Origin: Azolla caroliniana
Taxonomy: Eukaryota; Plantae; Polypodiophyta
Assembly (NCBI GenBank): GCA_043228905.1
Contig: JBHGNT010000015.1
Span: forward strand, 7,812,001 to 7,876,000
Direction of reading: 5' to 3'
Length of the DNA: 64,000 nucleotides
Within the stretch, counting starts at the first letter, position 1. Every line of letters begins with the position of its first letter. The notes under the pieces were generated by a model. It saw only the letters and a list, made by a program, of their open reading frames with translations, was not told the DNA's origin and ran no database searches. The translations under genes and the position numbers were made by a program. Positions 11,371 through 24,955 of this stretch are shown here, one piece after another.

Positions 11371-13491
11371 ATGGAATATTCTTTGAGAGGCTGTTCAAGC
11401 TCACCGGCTCCAACTACTCAGTGTGGAAGTCGAAGATGAGGGACATGCTCGTGGTTAAAGATATTTGGATTGAGGTTCAGTTCAGGGAGAAGTGACCGGA
11501 TAAGATCGATGCCACGGTGTGGGAGGTGATGCACATGAAGACAACAACATACATCCGATGTTTCATCGAGATGAGCCTGTACAACAACTTTAATGAGGAG
11601 AGCAAGGCTCATGAACTCTAGGAGAAGATCAACATTATGTTTCAGATCAAAAATGATGTTAATCGGGTTTTGGTATTCCGGAAGCTAGTAAGACTCCGGT
11701 ACCAAGATGGCTCCAGCATGGCGGAGCACATGAATGCCTTCCAAGGGCTGATTCACCAGGAAACATCGTTAGAAGTACCTCTCGCCGATGAGGTATTAGC
11801 ATTGCTCCTGCTCGGTTCCCTCCCGGATAGCTGGGAGACATTGGTTGTCACTTTGCGTAACGCCAGGCCGGAAGGAAAACAATTATCCCTAGCAAGAGTC
11901 AAGTCGAGCTTGCTAGATGAGGAGGCGCGTCAGAAAGACAAGGATATGAGCTCCGACTCCAAAGTGCTCCTTACCGAATCGGAACGCAGAAGACAAACAA
12001 ACCGGAGTCCCAAGAACCGGGAAAAGTCGGGGACACGGTCAAAGTCAAGGGGAAGGCCCACTTGCTTCTACTGTGGAAAGCCGGGGCACTTCCAGAAGAA
12101 CTGTCGGCATTTCTGGAAAGACAAGGAAACTGACAGCACCGATTCGAAGCGGTCACCGGACCGGAACGGTAAAGACCGGAGGGGACCGGATCGGAAGGGA
12201 ATGACGGCAATCGCGGCAAGTGAAGAAGAGTTGATGCTCATCATCGAGGAGAGTGAGTTGAACCTTGCCGGCGAGGAGACAACGTGGGTTGTCGATTCCG
12301 GAGCCTCTTTCTACCTCACCCCGGACCGGAAATGCTTCTCATCCTACATAGCTGGTGAGCACGGCTGTGTCTGGATGGGGAATGAAGGTACATGCCGAAT
12401 TGTCAGCATAGGAGACGTGTGGTTGACAACACCAACCGGATGCAAGCTGCTACTGAAGGATGTCCGACACGTTCCGGAGGTTCGACTGAACCTAATATGA
12501 GCCGGACGGCTAGATGATGAAGGCTACATGGGTAGCATCTGGAATGGAGTCATGAAGTTCAGCAAAGGGAGCCTAATAGTGGCTCGGTCCCGGAAAGTCA
12601 ACACTTTGTACCTAATGAATGCCCGATTATGCCGGGAAGAAGTGAACGTTGCATCTGACACTGCCGGTGAGCTGTGGCACAAGAGACTGTGTCACATGAG
12701 CGAGAAGGGGATGAAGAGGCTTGCTGATGACAACCTCATTCCGGTGAAAGATGTGCATCTTGAGAAGTGCACCGACTGCCTGGCCGGAAGCAAAACCGGA
12801 CTTCCTTCCGCTCAAGGCCACCGATGAGACGGAATGCACCATTGGAGCTGGTGCATACCAATGTGTGTCAAGTGGACACGAAATCACATGCCGGATCGTA
12901 GTACTTCGTGACGTTCATAGACGATCGCAGCCGGAAGCTGTGGGCCACACCGTTGAAGATGAAGGATCAGGTGTTATCCGTCTTCAAGGAGCTCCACACA
13001 AGAGTGGAAAGAGAAACCGGCCAGAAGCTGAAGGCGGTTCGAGCAGATAACGGAGGAGAATACCGGGGGCAGTTTGAGGAGTATTGCCGCTCGAAGGGAA
13101 TCCGGCTCAAATTTACCGTGCCGAAGATGCCGGAACTAAACGGGCTGGCCGAGAGGATGAACCGGACCATAATGGAGAGGGTCCGGAGTATGCTAGCACA
13201 TGCAAAGTTACCCAAGATGTTTTGGGCTGAGGCGCTATCGACAACGACATATGTGATAAACAGGCCACCCTTAGTACCCTTGGATGGAGACACCACAGAG
13301 AGTATGGACCGGTAAGGAAGTGTCTTACTAGCACCTGAAGGTGTTCGGGTGTCTCACTTACGTGCATGTGGCAAAGGACCGGAGTGGAAAGTTGGATCCA
13401 GAGAGCCGGCCATGCATATTCCTCGGATATGACGATGATGAGTTCGGCTACCAAGTGTGGGATCCGGTCGACAAGAAAGTATTCCCGAGTT
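11371..13491 (+). pseudogene. Copia-T gag-protease-integrase
   Basis: LLGSLPDSWE, CFYCGKPGHFQKNC, WVVDSGAS, LWHKRLCH, NGLAERMN. Confidence 0.92.
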
Positions 13492-13938
13492 TGTTGTCCG
13501 CCGGAATAGTAACCGACGGACAAGAGCATAGGAATAGGGAATAGTATAAGATTGTAACGCGTGTAACGGTTCACGTGGGAAGCGTGAACGGCGAAAAGAC
13601 CCTGTGTATATAAAGGGCAGAAAACCTCTAATAGAGGCAACGTGTAATTTTGGAATGTAAAGAAGCGTATCGTAATAGAATTCTATCTTCTCTGATATCT
13701 GTGTATAGCTACGACTAATCTACTATGTGTCTGTAACACCTGAGAGTGTAGAAGTAAGCAACGGTGAGTGTGTAGCCACTATTAAGGAGCTTGGTTGTAG
13801 CCGTCTCCCTTATACACTGCTAGGTTATGAGGAACATTCCCCTACGTATTACGCACAAATGCTACCGTTCGTTGTCACACAATCACTTGGAGGTCTAAGT
13901 GAAGGACTAACTGTAGACCGTGTTGCTAATTGGTAACA
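13492..13938 (+). repeat. 5' LTR of Gypsy-P copy 1
   Basis: TGTTGTCCG...GGTAACA, near-identical to 21942-22391. Confidence 0.93.
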
Positions 13939-13942
13939 CTTT

Positions 13943-13956
13943 TGGCACGCTTGGTG
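13943..13956 (+). promoter_or_regulatory. Degenerate PBS, tRNA-Arg type
   Basis: TGGCACGCTTGGTG versus TGGCACACCCGGTGGGAC in copy 2. Confidence 0.65.
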
Positions 13957-13988
13957 ATTTGTGTCTTCTCACAAATGAACAACAACGA

Positions 13989-16900
13989 ATGGATGTTTAG
14001 CCGCAGACGCCCTAGAGAACCAACATGACCAGACTGGCCAATCACAAGGTCCATCACACGCTAGGCAGAGGACTGCGCACGGCAGAAGCCTCGCCTCAGC
14101 GACCTCAACACTACCTGTCGTGATCACAAAGGTGATTTTCCGCTCTCCAAATACCTCGACAATATGCGGGGAGCACGCTCACCACAACAACATTGTGGTC
14201 TTTCCCGACCTACCGTGGCCTTTGCATATCCCCGCTTTAACAACGAAACCGACGCCGCAACTCATATTCGCATGTTCCTCAATGTCTGGAATGCAAACCA
14301 CATGACGCAGAGCCTTTCTGAGGCGGTAGCGCACCAGTCCAAAATGACGGAGTTCGGGTTAACATTGGATGGGCGAGCGACATTTTGGCATTCACGGATG
14401 GATTTGCCAGCAATCACGACCTTCGACCAACTGCAGTCAAAATGGAGCCCCACGGAGGACGAGGCTCGGGAGACATTTTTGGCAGCATTACGCCGACCCA
14501 TATAGGCAACGCTCAATAACAATAGCGTGAAAGGGGAAACAAAGGATATGGTCATTGAACGAGCGTTACAGCTCGAGCTGGACGACGAAGAGGAAAGGTT
14601 TTCTATGTCCTCATTACTACAAGTGTTACCTCAGGACGAGGAACGACAGTTTCGTCAAGCAATCCAGTACACGATTTGCTTGAACTCGGGGCATTCCACA
14701 GTGGAGTGCAACATGCGAATACACTGCCCAATCTACCACTCGAAGGCTCACACAGTCGAACAGTGTGAATACAATATGCTAAACAGAGCCGCTCCCACAG
14801 TACGCAACATGGACACACAACGTCCCCCACGCCGTACTGAACAAAGGAGGCAAGAAGACCGACCTCGGTATGTGGATCGCAACCCACGTGACGACCACAC
14901 TACCGGAATCGCCGGAATCACAACGATTCCGAGGAAGACGAGCCAGAGGATGAGGACTACCATGGTCCCTCGAGTTATGCTTAAGGGGGCCGGCGCTATG
15001 AGAATCACACCGCCGTCAATACACACCGCTATGAGAATCACACCGCTATGAGAATCACACCGCTGAAGTGCAGCAAGTCACGACATGCCAGCAAACAAAA
15101 ACGGTTGATTGGGCTGCACAAGATGAGATACGACGACAAACCCAGGCATGGGTTGAAAAAGCAAACGCGACAAATACAGAGCGCATGCGGAAGGAGTCCG
15201 TGAATACAATGGAGGACGAAGGACCGGCCCCGGACCCCATTTGGCAAGCACTGGCGGGCTGCGAGATAACGTTAACCATGGAGAAGCTGCTGTAACTAGT
15301 CCCACGCTTCTGGCAGACCATGGAAGAGCAGGTGACAAGCATACCCGGGGTGAGTGTCGCTACGAACCTCACTGACGTTAGCGACGGACCGTCTGTAGTG
15401 GATCACCACAACCCGACTATTACATTGATATTACACGGACAGGAAGTCCCAGGATGCGTAATCGATGGCAGCTCGGGCGTTAATGTAATTAGCGCGAAAA
15501 CATGTGAGCAGTTAGGCATTTCAGAATGGAAGGCTTGCCCATTCTGGCTCCGTATGGTAGATACCCGCTTGGAGGTAGTCCTTGCCTTGGACGCCCCAGG
15601 GGTATACCCTGTGCTGCTGGGCAGACTGTGGCTTCGGGCAGCAAATATCAAGCACAGCTGGCAACACAAGTGTATCAGTTTCCAACACGGGCGCACCAAG
15701 GTTCACGTACCTACGGAGGGAAGCGTGACACAATCCAAGGGTATAACACCATTATACGTAGAAGATATAAATATGCTGGCTGGGGTGGAGGATGCAGAAT
15801 TAGAGGCATACCTAGACGAGCACCCTCAGATTATTCCGCTGTTCGAAATCGACGTCATCGCAACCGCGGCAGAATATGCCACGACCACTATTCTCCATGA
15901 CAAGGCTTACGAACCAAATCCGGAGGCAATGTTGGAACTAAGCAAAGCACGAGCAACATTCGAGAGGGAAATGGAAATTTCACGGCGAGTCACCGCCTCT
16001 ACCCTGGAAGAAGTAAACGTGGGTACGGCGTTAGAACCCCGTTTTCTCTCCATTGCAAAGGAATTAAGGCCGAACTAGAGAGATGCGATGATCGAACTAC
16101 TCAAGAAATATAAAGATGTGTTCGCCTGGGCTCACGAGGACATGAAGGGGTTAGATCCGAAGTTCTATCAACATAAGATCAATTTAGCAACCGACGCAAA
16201 AACTGTCCAGCAGCACCGCTACCGCATGAACCCGAACTACGCGACCCGCGTAAAAGAAGAAATTGACAAACTCCTAAAGGAGGGATTCATACGGCCAGTT
16301 AAACAAGCCAAATGGTTAAGTCCAATAGTAGTCGTTCTAAAGAAAAACGGCAAAATACGTGTATGCGTGGATTACCGAAAATTAAACGCCATAACCATTA
16401 CGGACGCATTCCCTTTACCATTCACCGATAGTGTACTGGACGCCGTCACAAGACATGACATGTACAGTTTTTTAGATGGCTTCAGTGGGTATAACCAGGT
16501 ACGCATGCATCCTGATGACCAAGACAAGACGTCATTTGTCACGGACTAGGGAGTCTATGTGGCAGTCATCATGATGTTCGGGCTAAACACGACAACGACG
16601 ACATTTCAACGAACAATTACGGAGATCTTTGGGGAATATATTCCCGCATTCATGCAAGTTTTTTTAGACGACTTTGAGGTATATGGGAAAACAATCGACC
16701 AATTTACGCATCTGCAACTGTGCTTGGAACGTTGCCGCACCACACGCTTAAGCCTGAATCCCGCGAAATGTGCCTTCGGCGTGACCAACGGGACTCTCCT
16801 AGGCCATATAGTCAGCAAGGATGGAATAGCGGTCGATCCAAACAAGATCTCCGCGATTACGCAAGCCAAAACTCCGACAAACGCGAAATCACTTAGCTGG

Positions 16901-18864
16901 TTTTTAGGACAAATACGATGGCATAGTCGGATGATACGATACTTGGCGGACTTTTCCATGCCGTTACATGCTACCGTGCATCAGACTCCCTTCCAATGGA
17001 CCGCAACGGAGGACAAGGCCTATGAGGCGCTTAAGATAATGCTCACACAGGCACCCGTTGTACAGCCACCAGTTTGGGTGAAGCCATTCCACGTGTTCGT
17101 AGACGCCTCAGACATAGCAATAGGAAGTGCGCTAATGCAGCTCACCGAACCAAATTGGTACCAGCTAGTGTACTACGCTAGTCGCAAATTATCAACAACA
17201 GAGCGTAACTATTCCACAACGGAGCAGGAGGTGCTAGGGATGATCTATAACATCAATAAATTCCGGCATTATCTGTTGGGGAGGAAATTCACGTTCCACG
17301 TGGATCATTCGGCACTATTGTATTTGGTGGAAAAACAAGCACTGACGGGGAAATTGGTGCAATCGATGCTGCTGCTTCAAGAATTCGATTTTGTAATTCA
17401 GCACCGCCCGGGGACGCAACATGCAGTGGCAGATTTTTTGAGCAGACTCGATAATGGAGAAACAATACAGAAGGACAACGACGACTTTCCGGACGCCCAC
17501 ATTCTGCGGGTTGCAGCACTAGCAGAAAGAACGAAATCGACCTTTCCGAACCGGTGGCTTATGGAAATGACATACTTTTTGACTACGGGACTGCCTCCAC
17601 CACAATTACGCACGAACGAGAAGAAATGATTAGTCGTCCGAAGCTGTAACTTCTGCCTGGTAGAAGGAATTTTATATCACAAAGGAAGTGATGGCATTTG
17701 GCGACGTGGGGTACGTCAAGATGAGAAAGAAGCAGTCTTACAGGAGGCTCACTGCCGCACGGCAGGCGGCCATTACGTGGGCGATGTTACAGCCCGGAAA
17801 ATATGGCAAGCCGGCCTATGGTGGCTGACTACACATAAGGATGCATACGAGTATTGCATAAAGTGTGATTTGTGTCAATGGATGGGCCAGCCCACAGAGG
17901 GCGCAAGGATGCCACACCAACCTGTATTACTGTTAGACCCCTTCCAAAAATGGGGATTGGATTTTGTGGGCCCCTTCACACCGGCGACGGCCCATACGGG
18001 CAATAAATACATATTGGTAGCCACGGATTATTGCACCAAGTGGGTAGAAGCAAAGGCACTACGAGAAGATACGGTGGCCGTCACAACGAGATTCCTTTAC
18101 GAGCACATCTAGTGTCGGTTCGGCTGTCCGATTGAGCTTATCAGTGACCAGGGGAGCCACTTTCTCAATACGGTTGTTCGAGAACTAACACATCATTACA
18201 CCGTAGTCCACAAGAAGAGTACGCCATATTATCCACAGGCGAATGGGTGAGCGGAATCCACCAACAAGACATCGCAGACCATCTTAAAGAAAATCATCAA
18301 TGAAAATAGAACAGATTGGAATACCAAATTATAGAGTGGGTTATGGGCGTACAGAACCAGCTACAAAACAAGCATACAGTCAACACCGTTTCGGCTAGCG
18401 TTTGGGCTGGAGGCCGTGATGCTGATAGAGTTTCAGATGCCTAGTTTACGCATTCAAGTACGGGACCGACTATCGGAAGCCAAGTCGGAGGAGGTACGGC
18501 TCCACCAGCTACTCGAACTCCGCGAAAAATGCGTACACAGCATGGCTGTGTTGGAGCAGGAACAACGACGGCATAAAGCGTTTGTGGATTGACATCGGAA
18601 CGCACGGAAAAGGATTTCGCGGTCGGTTGAGCGGTACGGGTTTTCCAAACCCGCATGGGCCATATGCCAGGGAAGCTACAATTCTGCTGGACATGCCCGT
18701 ATTGGATAATAGGAACGGAACAAGGCACATTCCAACTAGGCACGCTGGCCGAGAAAGTCTTACGACAAAAGGTGAATGGGTTCCGCCTTAAACCTTACCG
18801 GGGACCTATGCCACCTAACGCATTCACCGCCAGACAAGACAAAGCCGGAGAACCCGCGGCGTAA
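13989..18864 (+). pseudogene. Gypsy-P gag-pol (Zn knuckles, PR, RT, RH, IN)
   Basis: [54 protein letters not shown]. Confidence 0.93.
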
Positions 18865-19159
18865 GTGGACGGCCCCACATGTATCATAATGTAAAAATAG
18901 GCTGTATGTAACCATTATGAAAAAAAAAAAGAAAAAAAAGAGAAGATAACGACGCTATTAAAAAAGGACTGAATGCATGCACAGACTGAACCCTAGGCCA
19001 CAAAAAGAAGGAAATAGAAGATCTTCTGCACAAAACAGAAACCCAACTCCTAACTCTCAACGCTCTCATCGCTCCCCTCCCTCACCTTTTCCTCCATCCT
19101 ATCACAGAGCTCAAGCCCACTGCAATCACCAATCTCCTCCCCACGAGCCTACTCTGGCT

Positions 19160-21894
19160 ATGCCGATCTTTATCTCTACCGCCTTACGTCGATGGCTCGT
19201 GGAGAAACGCCTGGATGGGTACATCAGGGTCGCAGAGGCACCTCCACACCCGGATGCGTTGGACATCGCCAGAAAGCTCAATATCAACACGGTCACCAAC
19301 TCTTCCAACCGGAAAAAGTTGGACCTGTCATCACTAGGTGAGAGGCATTTCAAAATCCCTCCTGCAGAGTCGCTGCAGAGATATTTCGACCCATATTCCT
19401 CCTCCGCCAAGGCCTATAGAACGAAGCAGATCCCGGGTCCCTTTTTCCGTGAAATCACCAAGTTCCTATTAGAGGTCGGATGCGTACACGTAAACGCATA
19501 TGGGATGCCCAAGCAGAAGGGAGGTATCATTATTGATACCTTTGAAGGGCGTGCGGTCGATTGGGGAGTCATCACGGGCCGGCGTTAAGGGAAGGCCTAC
19601 ATGCGTATCAAGGAGGCAAGAAGCTCAAGACGATCATACAATAGTACCTGACAGTGCTATTCCCACGTCGAGGCCTGCCGGCATCGCAACCTAGTAGACC
19701 CACGCCTCCGCCCCGATCCGTGAAGCTCAGGTTAGTGTAGTTAGCTGCCACAGAGTGGGAGGATGATCCCCAACCCGCCCAGTCGGACACACAGACAACG
19801 CCAAAAGAGTAGGTGGCGCGCTCCGCGGAAGCGGCACCAGAGTCAGACGCCAAACCACGGCAAGATAGCCCCAGACCGAAACGGCGTAGGCTGGACAGGA
19901 AAGATGGGCGGGGATTAGTTAAAGACGTACCCGCGGCGGCAGAGACAACGACCGAAGGTGATGGCTCCGTAGCTACGGAGCCCAACACCACCTTCGAAAT
20001 CATCCGGGAGCCACGAACGATCATTATGGCCCAGTCACAACGAGGGAAAGCCGTATTGACGGCGGAAAGCAAGGTTTTGGCATATCCGGATATCCTGGAC
20101 ACGACCCATGAGTTCAGCGCCCTCCTGCAGTTCGGAACCTCTTTTGAGCTCATGGAATTCTTGGCAACACAACAAATAAAGGCCTCACAACTAATGGCCG
20201 AGGAGCACGTGGAGCGCCAGATGATTGAGCGCGCCTTAACACAGACGGCGGAGAGCAATGATGAGGACCGGTTAGCCAGAGTCGGCAGACAGAGGAACGC
20301 CGGTATACGCCGAATGGGGATGGAGCTACCCCCATTAAACACAGCCCTAGTCGAAGTCCATAGGGAACTGGCAAAGGTCAACACGGGCACCAAGGAGATG
20401 GCCATTAAAAATAAGAATGTTTGGAAGAAGGTGAAACTGACCCAAGCCGAGCTGCAAAAAGCCAACGAATGCATCACGGAGTTGGAAACTAATGCGACTA
20501 CGATGCAACAGGCAACTCCACCACCAAACCACGCCATCGAAGCCTTGAAGGAAGAGATTGAGACTCAGACCTCCATTGCCTCAAAAGCAAAAAGGTCTGT
20601 ACAACCAGCAGAATCAGAAATTGACCACCTTCGCCCTGAACTTCGCCAATCCTCAGACAGGAAAAAGGACATCCGGGCCAACTGCTGAAAGGCAGTAAAA
20701 ACCCTTGAAGAGAAACTCACTGTGGAGGCAGCACAACACACCCAGACAAAAGAAGAAAACACCCAATTACGGGAAGAAGCGAAGAAATCGAAGGCGGCAA
20801 TCGCGGGACTCTGGACCTTATTGGAGAAAAAGAAGGTATGGTTCGACGAGTAGCTGGTGGGCGAACAGGAAAGAAGACATCAGCTCGAAATCCGCGTAAA
20901 CAATGAAATGGGGAAATTAGAAGAACTCCATGTAAAGGAATCCCAGCTATGGGCGGGCCTGAAGAGCACGTACGAAGAAGTGGCGGCAGTTAGTCAGCAA
21001 GAAATTGCAAACCTCAAGAAGTTGGTGGAAGAAGCACACAACTGTTGCCAGGCCATCACAGACAATGTGCGTATCCTTCTACAAACGAATCGGGAGAGGT
21101 TCACAACGCAATTGAAAACGATGCTACACAAAGGATGGATGGCGTGGGCAGCCCAAGCGGCGGAATTGCACGAGTATCGTGTGGACTGGGAGAACCGACG
21201 AAAATACGGCCGAGGTTTCTATAAACTCAATGAGGAGAGCATTGCGGCAGTACGCGAGGACCTAACACAGGACTATCGCACGCTAGCGGACCAACATTTC
21301 GAAGAACTCGCACAACTATTAGATGATTTTGGTGAAAGCCAGGAGGAGCTGTTTCACCAGATCACACAAGCCGGCAACACGCGAACAAATGAGGAATCCA
21401 TCGCGACAGCAATTCCGGACACTCCCGAAGAAGCGGAACCTCAAGCCAGGTCACCAGAAATTACAACTACGGTGAACAACGCGGAACGACGAGCGGAGTA
21501 CCCCACATTACCTGACAATGACGCCGCTGCCCAAGAGGAACCCCATCTACTGGAGCATACGCTATCGGCTGGCCACACGGAGAACGTTGCGGACCAAGCG
21601 GAACCGCAACCCCATTCCCCAAAGCGTACAACAACTACCGCCACCACGGAGGAAGTGACGGATGAGACGGAGCCGCGACCGACCGCAAGCCTGCCGACGG
21701 CTGAGCCCAACCCCCTAGCCCAAGAAGAGCCCATAGAACCCGAACCGCCCACAAAGGACGATCGCGACACTAGGAGAAGCCCTCTCGACCTAACAGGGGA
21801 ACCACACCACGATGCACCTATGGGCCCTACGTTGTCCCCGGACGCGGACACCGTACCAGAGCCAAACATCCGGGCCATTTTGGAAGAAGATTAA
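19160..21894 (+). pseudogene. 3' extra ORF of Gypsy-P (~910 aa reconstructed): globular N-terminus, coiled coil, acidic P/T-rich tail
   Basis: MPIFIS start at 19160; one frameshift near 19580; ORFs 19813-20688 and 20857-21894 share a frame, broken only by point stops; homologous start at 45044. Confidence 0.8.
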
Positions 21895-21941
21895 CGGGAT
21901 GGGTTCGACGTGCCATGGCACTGTCCCACAGGCATGCCAGG

Positions 21942-22391
21942 TGTTGTCCGCCGAAATAGTAACCGACGGACAAGAGCGCAGGAATAGGGAATAGTATAAG
22001 ATTGTAACGCATGTAACGGTTCACACGGGAAGCGTGAATGGCGAAAAGACCCCCTGCGTATATAAAGGGCAGAAAACCTTTGATAGAGGCAACATGTAAT
22101 TTTGGAATGTAAAGAAGCGTATCATAATAGAATTCTATCTTCTCTGATATCTGTGTATAGCTACGACTAATCTACTGTGTGTTTGTAACACCTGAGAGTG
22201 TAGAAGTAAGCAACGGTGAGTGTGTAGCCACTATGAAGGAGCTCGGTTGTAGCCGTCTCCCTTATACGCTGCTAGGTTACGGGGAACATTCCCCTACGTA
22301 TTACGCACAGACGCTACCGTTCGTTGTCACACAGTCACTTGGAGGCATAGGTCAAAGGACTGACCGTAGACCGTGTTCCTAATCGGTAACA
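21942..22391 (+). repeat. 3' LTR of Gypsy-P copy 1
   Basis: TGTTGTCCG...GGTAACA. Confidence 0.93.
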
Positions 22392-24310
22392 GAGTCGAGA
22401 TATTATCTTCATGGAGGACAAGACCCTTGCCGACTGGGAGTCGGAGAAGAAGATAATGAACTCCGAATCGACCGGAAAGGACTGGTTTGATGAGATGCAA
22501 CCCAACCGGCAAAGAGCCGGTTAACACTCAAAGAACCGGCCGGTTACGGTGAGGATACTGAACCGGCAAAAGAAGGAGAGGAAGCTGGAACCGGAACCGG
22601 ACAAGACCCCGAATCAGATTCGGATGAAGAATAGACACAGGATCCGGTTACCGAAAACCGAGGTCGGAGATATCCTATCTGGGAAAGAAGAGCCCCCCGG
22701 AGATTTCCGGATGCAGAGCATGTGTTGCTGACCGATGAGGGGGAGCCGGAAAGCTTCAAAGAAGCAAAGGATGACACTCATAGCCGCAAGTGGTTGAGTG
22801 CCAAGCAAGACGAGATGGATTCCCTGCATAAGAACCACACGTATGAATTGGTGGAGTTGACGAAAAGAAAGAGGGCACTCCGAAACAATTGGGTGTACAA
22901 GCTGAAATAGGGAGATGCCGGCAATCCCCCGAGATACAAAGCAAGGATCGTGGTGAAGGGGTTCCAGTAGAAGAAGGGCGTGGACTTCGACGAGATATTT
23001 GCCCTGATAGTAAAGATGACTTCCATCCGGACGGTGCTGAGCATAGTGGCAAGCATGGACCTTGAGGTAGAGCAGTTAGACGTGAAGACGACGTTCCTCC
23101 ACGGCGACCTCGAAGAGGAGATCTACATGCAGCAACCGGAGGGATTTGTGAAGAAAGGGTAGGAGCACCTGGTTTGCCGGTTGAAGAAGAGCCTCTACGG
23201 TTTGAAAAAGGCTCCCTGGCAATGGTACCGGAAGTTCGACTCCTTCATGACCGATCAAGGGTACCACAAGACGCAAGACGATCACTACGTATTTGTGAAG
23301 AAGTTCGAAGGATGAGATTTCCTGATACTCCTCCTGTACGTGAACAACATGTTGATCGTCGGATGAGACCAAGTCAAGATATAAACGTTGAAGAAGGCTC
23401 TGAACCGGACCTTCTTAATGAAAGAATTGGGTCCGCCAAGACAGATATTGGGGATGCATATCATCCAGGACCGGTCAAAGAAACAATTGTGGCTGTCACA
23501 AGAGAAGTACGTGACAAAGGTGCTTCAGCGGTTCAACATGTCAGATGCGAAATCGGTCGGATTGACACTCTCGGCAAACTGTAGGTTATCTGGCAAAGCC
23601 CAAAGATAAAGGCAGAGAAGGCGGATATGATGAAAATACCATATGCCTCTGTTGTCGGGAGCTTAATGTACGCAATGGTGTGTACCTAACTGGATATCGG
23701 ATATGCAGTCGGAGTGGTGAGGCGGTTTATGAGCAATCCCAGCAAGGAGCACTGGAATGCGGTAAAATGGATACTTCGGTACTTGAAAGGCACGTCAAGT
23801 ATGTGTCTTCAATTCGGCTCCGCTAAACCCCAACTTGATGGTTTCACCGATTCAGATATGTCGTCTGATGCGGATACCAACCGGTCAACATCGGGATATG
23901 TTATGACATATGCAGGGGGAGCTGTTTCGTGGCAGTCGAGACTGCAGAAGACGGTTGCGTTGTCAACCAAGGAGGCGGAGTACATGGCGACTTTGGAAGC
24001 CGGCAAGGAAATACTATGGATGAAGGACTTCATCGAAGAGCTAAGGATCCGGCAAGAGGAATACCGGCTCTATTACGATAGTCAAAGTGCCATCCACCTT
24101 GCGAAAAACACGGCGTATCATTCCAGGACAAAGCACATCCAGCGCAGGTACCACTGGATCCGGGAGCGAGTAGAAGATCGGGAGTTCGTGCTGACGAAAA
24201 TCCACATGGAGGAGAATGGGTTAGATATGCTGACCAAGGTGTTGACACCCGACAAGCTGGATGTATGCCGAAAGCGAATTGGACTAACCAGACATCCCAT
24301 ACCAGAGTGA
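22392..24310 (+). pseudogene. Copia-T copy 1 RT and RNase H
   Basis: QLDVKTTFLHG, GFTDSDM, TKHIQRRYH, DMLTK. Confidence 0.92.
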
Positions 24311-24320
24311 AGGGGGAGTT

Positions 24321-24618
24321 TGTTAGGATTTCGGTCCCTCCGGATGGGATGATGAAGGCTCGGTGAGAACCAGATAATGAGTACCTGGTAAGGAAGATCC
24401 GGTGAGAACCGGATGTTGTAGGCCCAGTGAGAACCTCTCATCGGATGAAGGGACATATATGTAAATATGTTCCAGAGAGCCCACTGGGGCTATATTTGTA
24501 AATAGCCCGAAAGTCATATTAGTACAAATATGACCTAGCGCAAACTCTTCAGTGTGTATCATTGTGTTGTCATTTTTCTGTTGTATAGAGTTATTGGTGT
24601 AACTGCTGTATAGAGCGT

Positions 24619-24673
<55 letters not shown>

Positions 24674-24955
24674 TGATTCTCTGTTGTAACCGTCGCCAGG
24701 TGAAGAGTGTGAGCACGAGGTCGTTGCCTCTGTGCCCCTTGTTGTATTCTTTGACACAGTGATAGTTTGGAGTCCGTGGGCTCCCGCGGTTTTTCCCATT
24801 TAGGGTTTTGCACGTTAACATACTGTATACACAATCTTTCAGTATTTTGTGTATACGTTCATCTATCTCCACATTCCCATTGCTGTGTTTGTAATTCTCA
24901 AAGAAGTGATTGAAGACTTGGTTGTGGCCGAGCATTATTCCGCATATTCTTGTCA
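24321..24955 (+). repeat. 3' LTR of Copia-T copy 1, with (GA)n tract 24622-24672
   Basis: Follows GAAGGGGGAG; ends TGTCA. Confidence 0.92.

Larger units (their letters stand above)
13492..22391 (+). mobile_element. Non-chromovirus Ty3/Gypsy (Athila/Tat/Phygy-like), Gypsy-P copy 1, complete with 3' extra ORF
   Basis: LTRs 13492-13938 and 21942-22391; TSD GAGTT/GAGTC (one transition); interrupts the FRSRD motif of Copia-T integrase. Confidence 0.93.
10803..24955 (+). mobile_element. Tnt1/Tork-like Copia, Copia-T copy 1, inserted in Copia-A copy 2
   Basis: TSD GTGCA at 10798-10802 and 24956-24960; LTR pair, Met PBS, PPT 24309-24318. Confidence 0.93.

Noticed and set aside
19608-20537. 309-aa hydrophobic antisense ORF (possible env/membrane protein)
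   Set aside because: Mirror of the E/K/Q-rich sense ORF; the sense frame is the one conserved at 45044.
21882-21890. GGAAGAAGA as the Gypsy-P PPT
   Set aside because: It lies ~50 nt from the LTR start and encodes the last codons (EED) of the extra ORF; a PPT must abut the LTR.
21895-21940. Stand-alone tRNA gene or SINE
   Set aside because: Only T-arm and 3' acceptor-like pieces are present, with no D or anticodon arm; reported instead as a primer-site anomaly.
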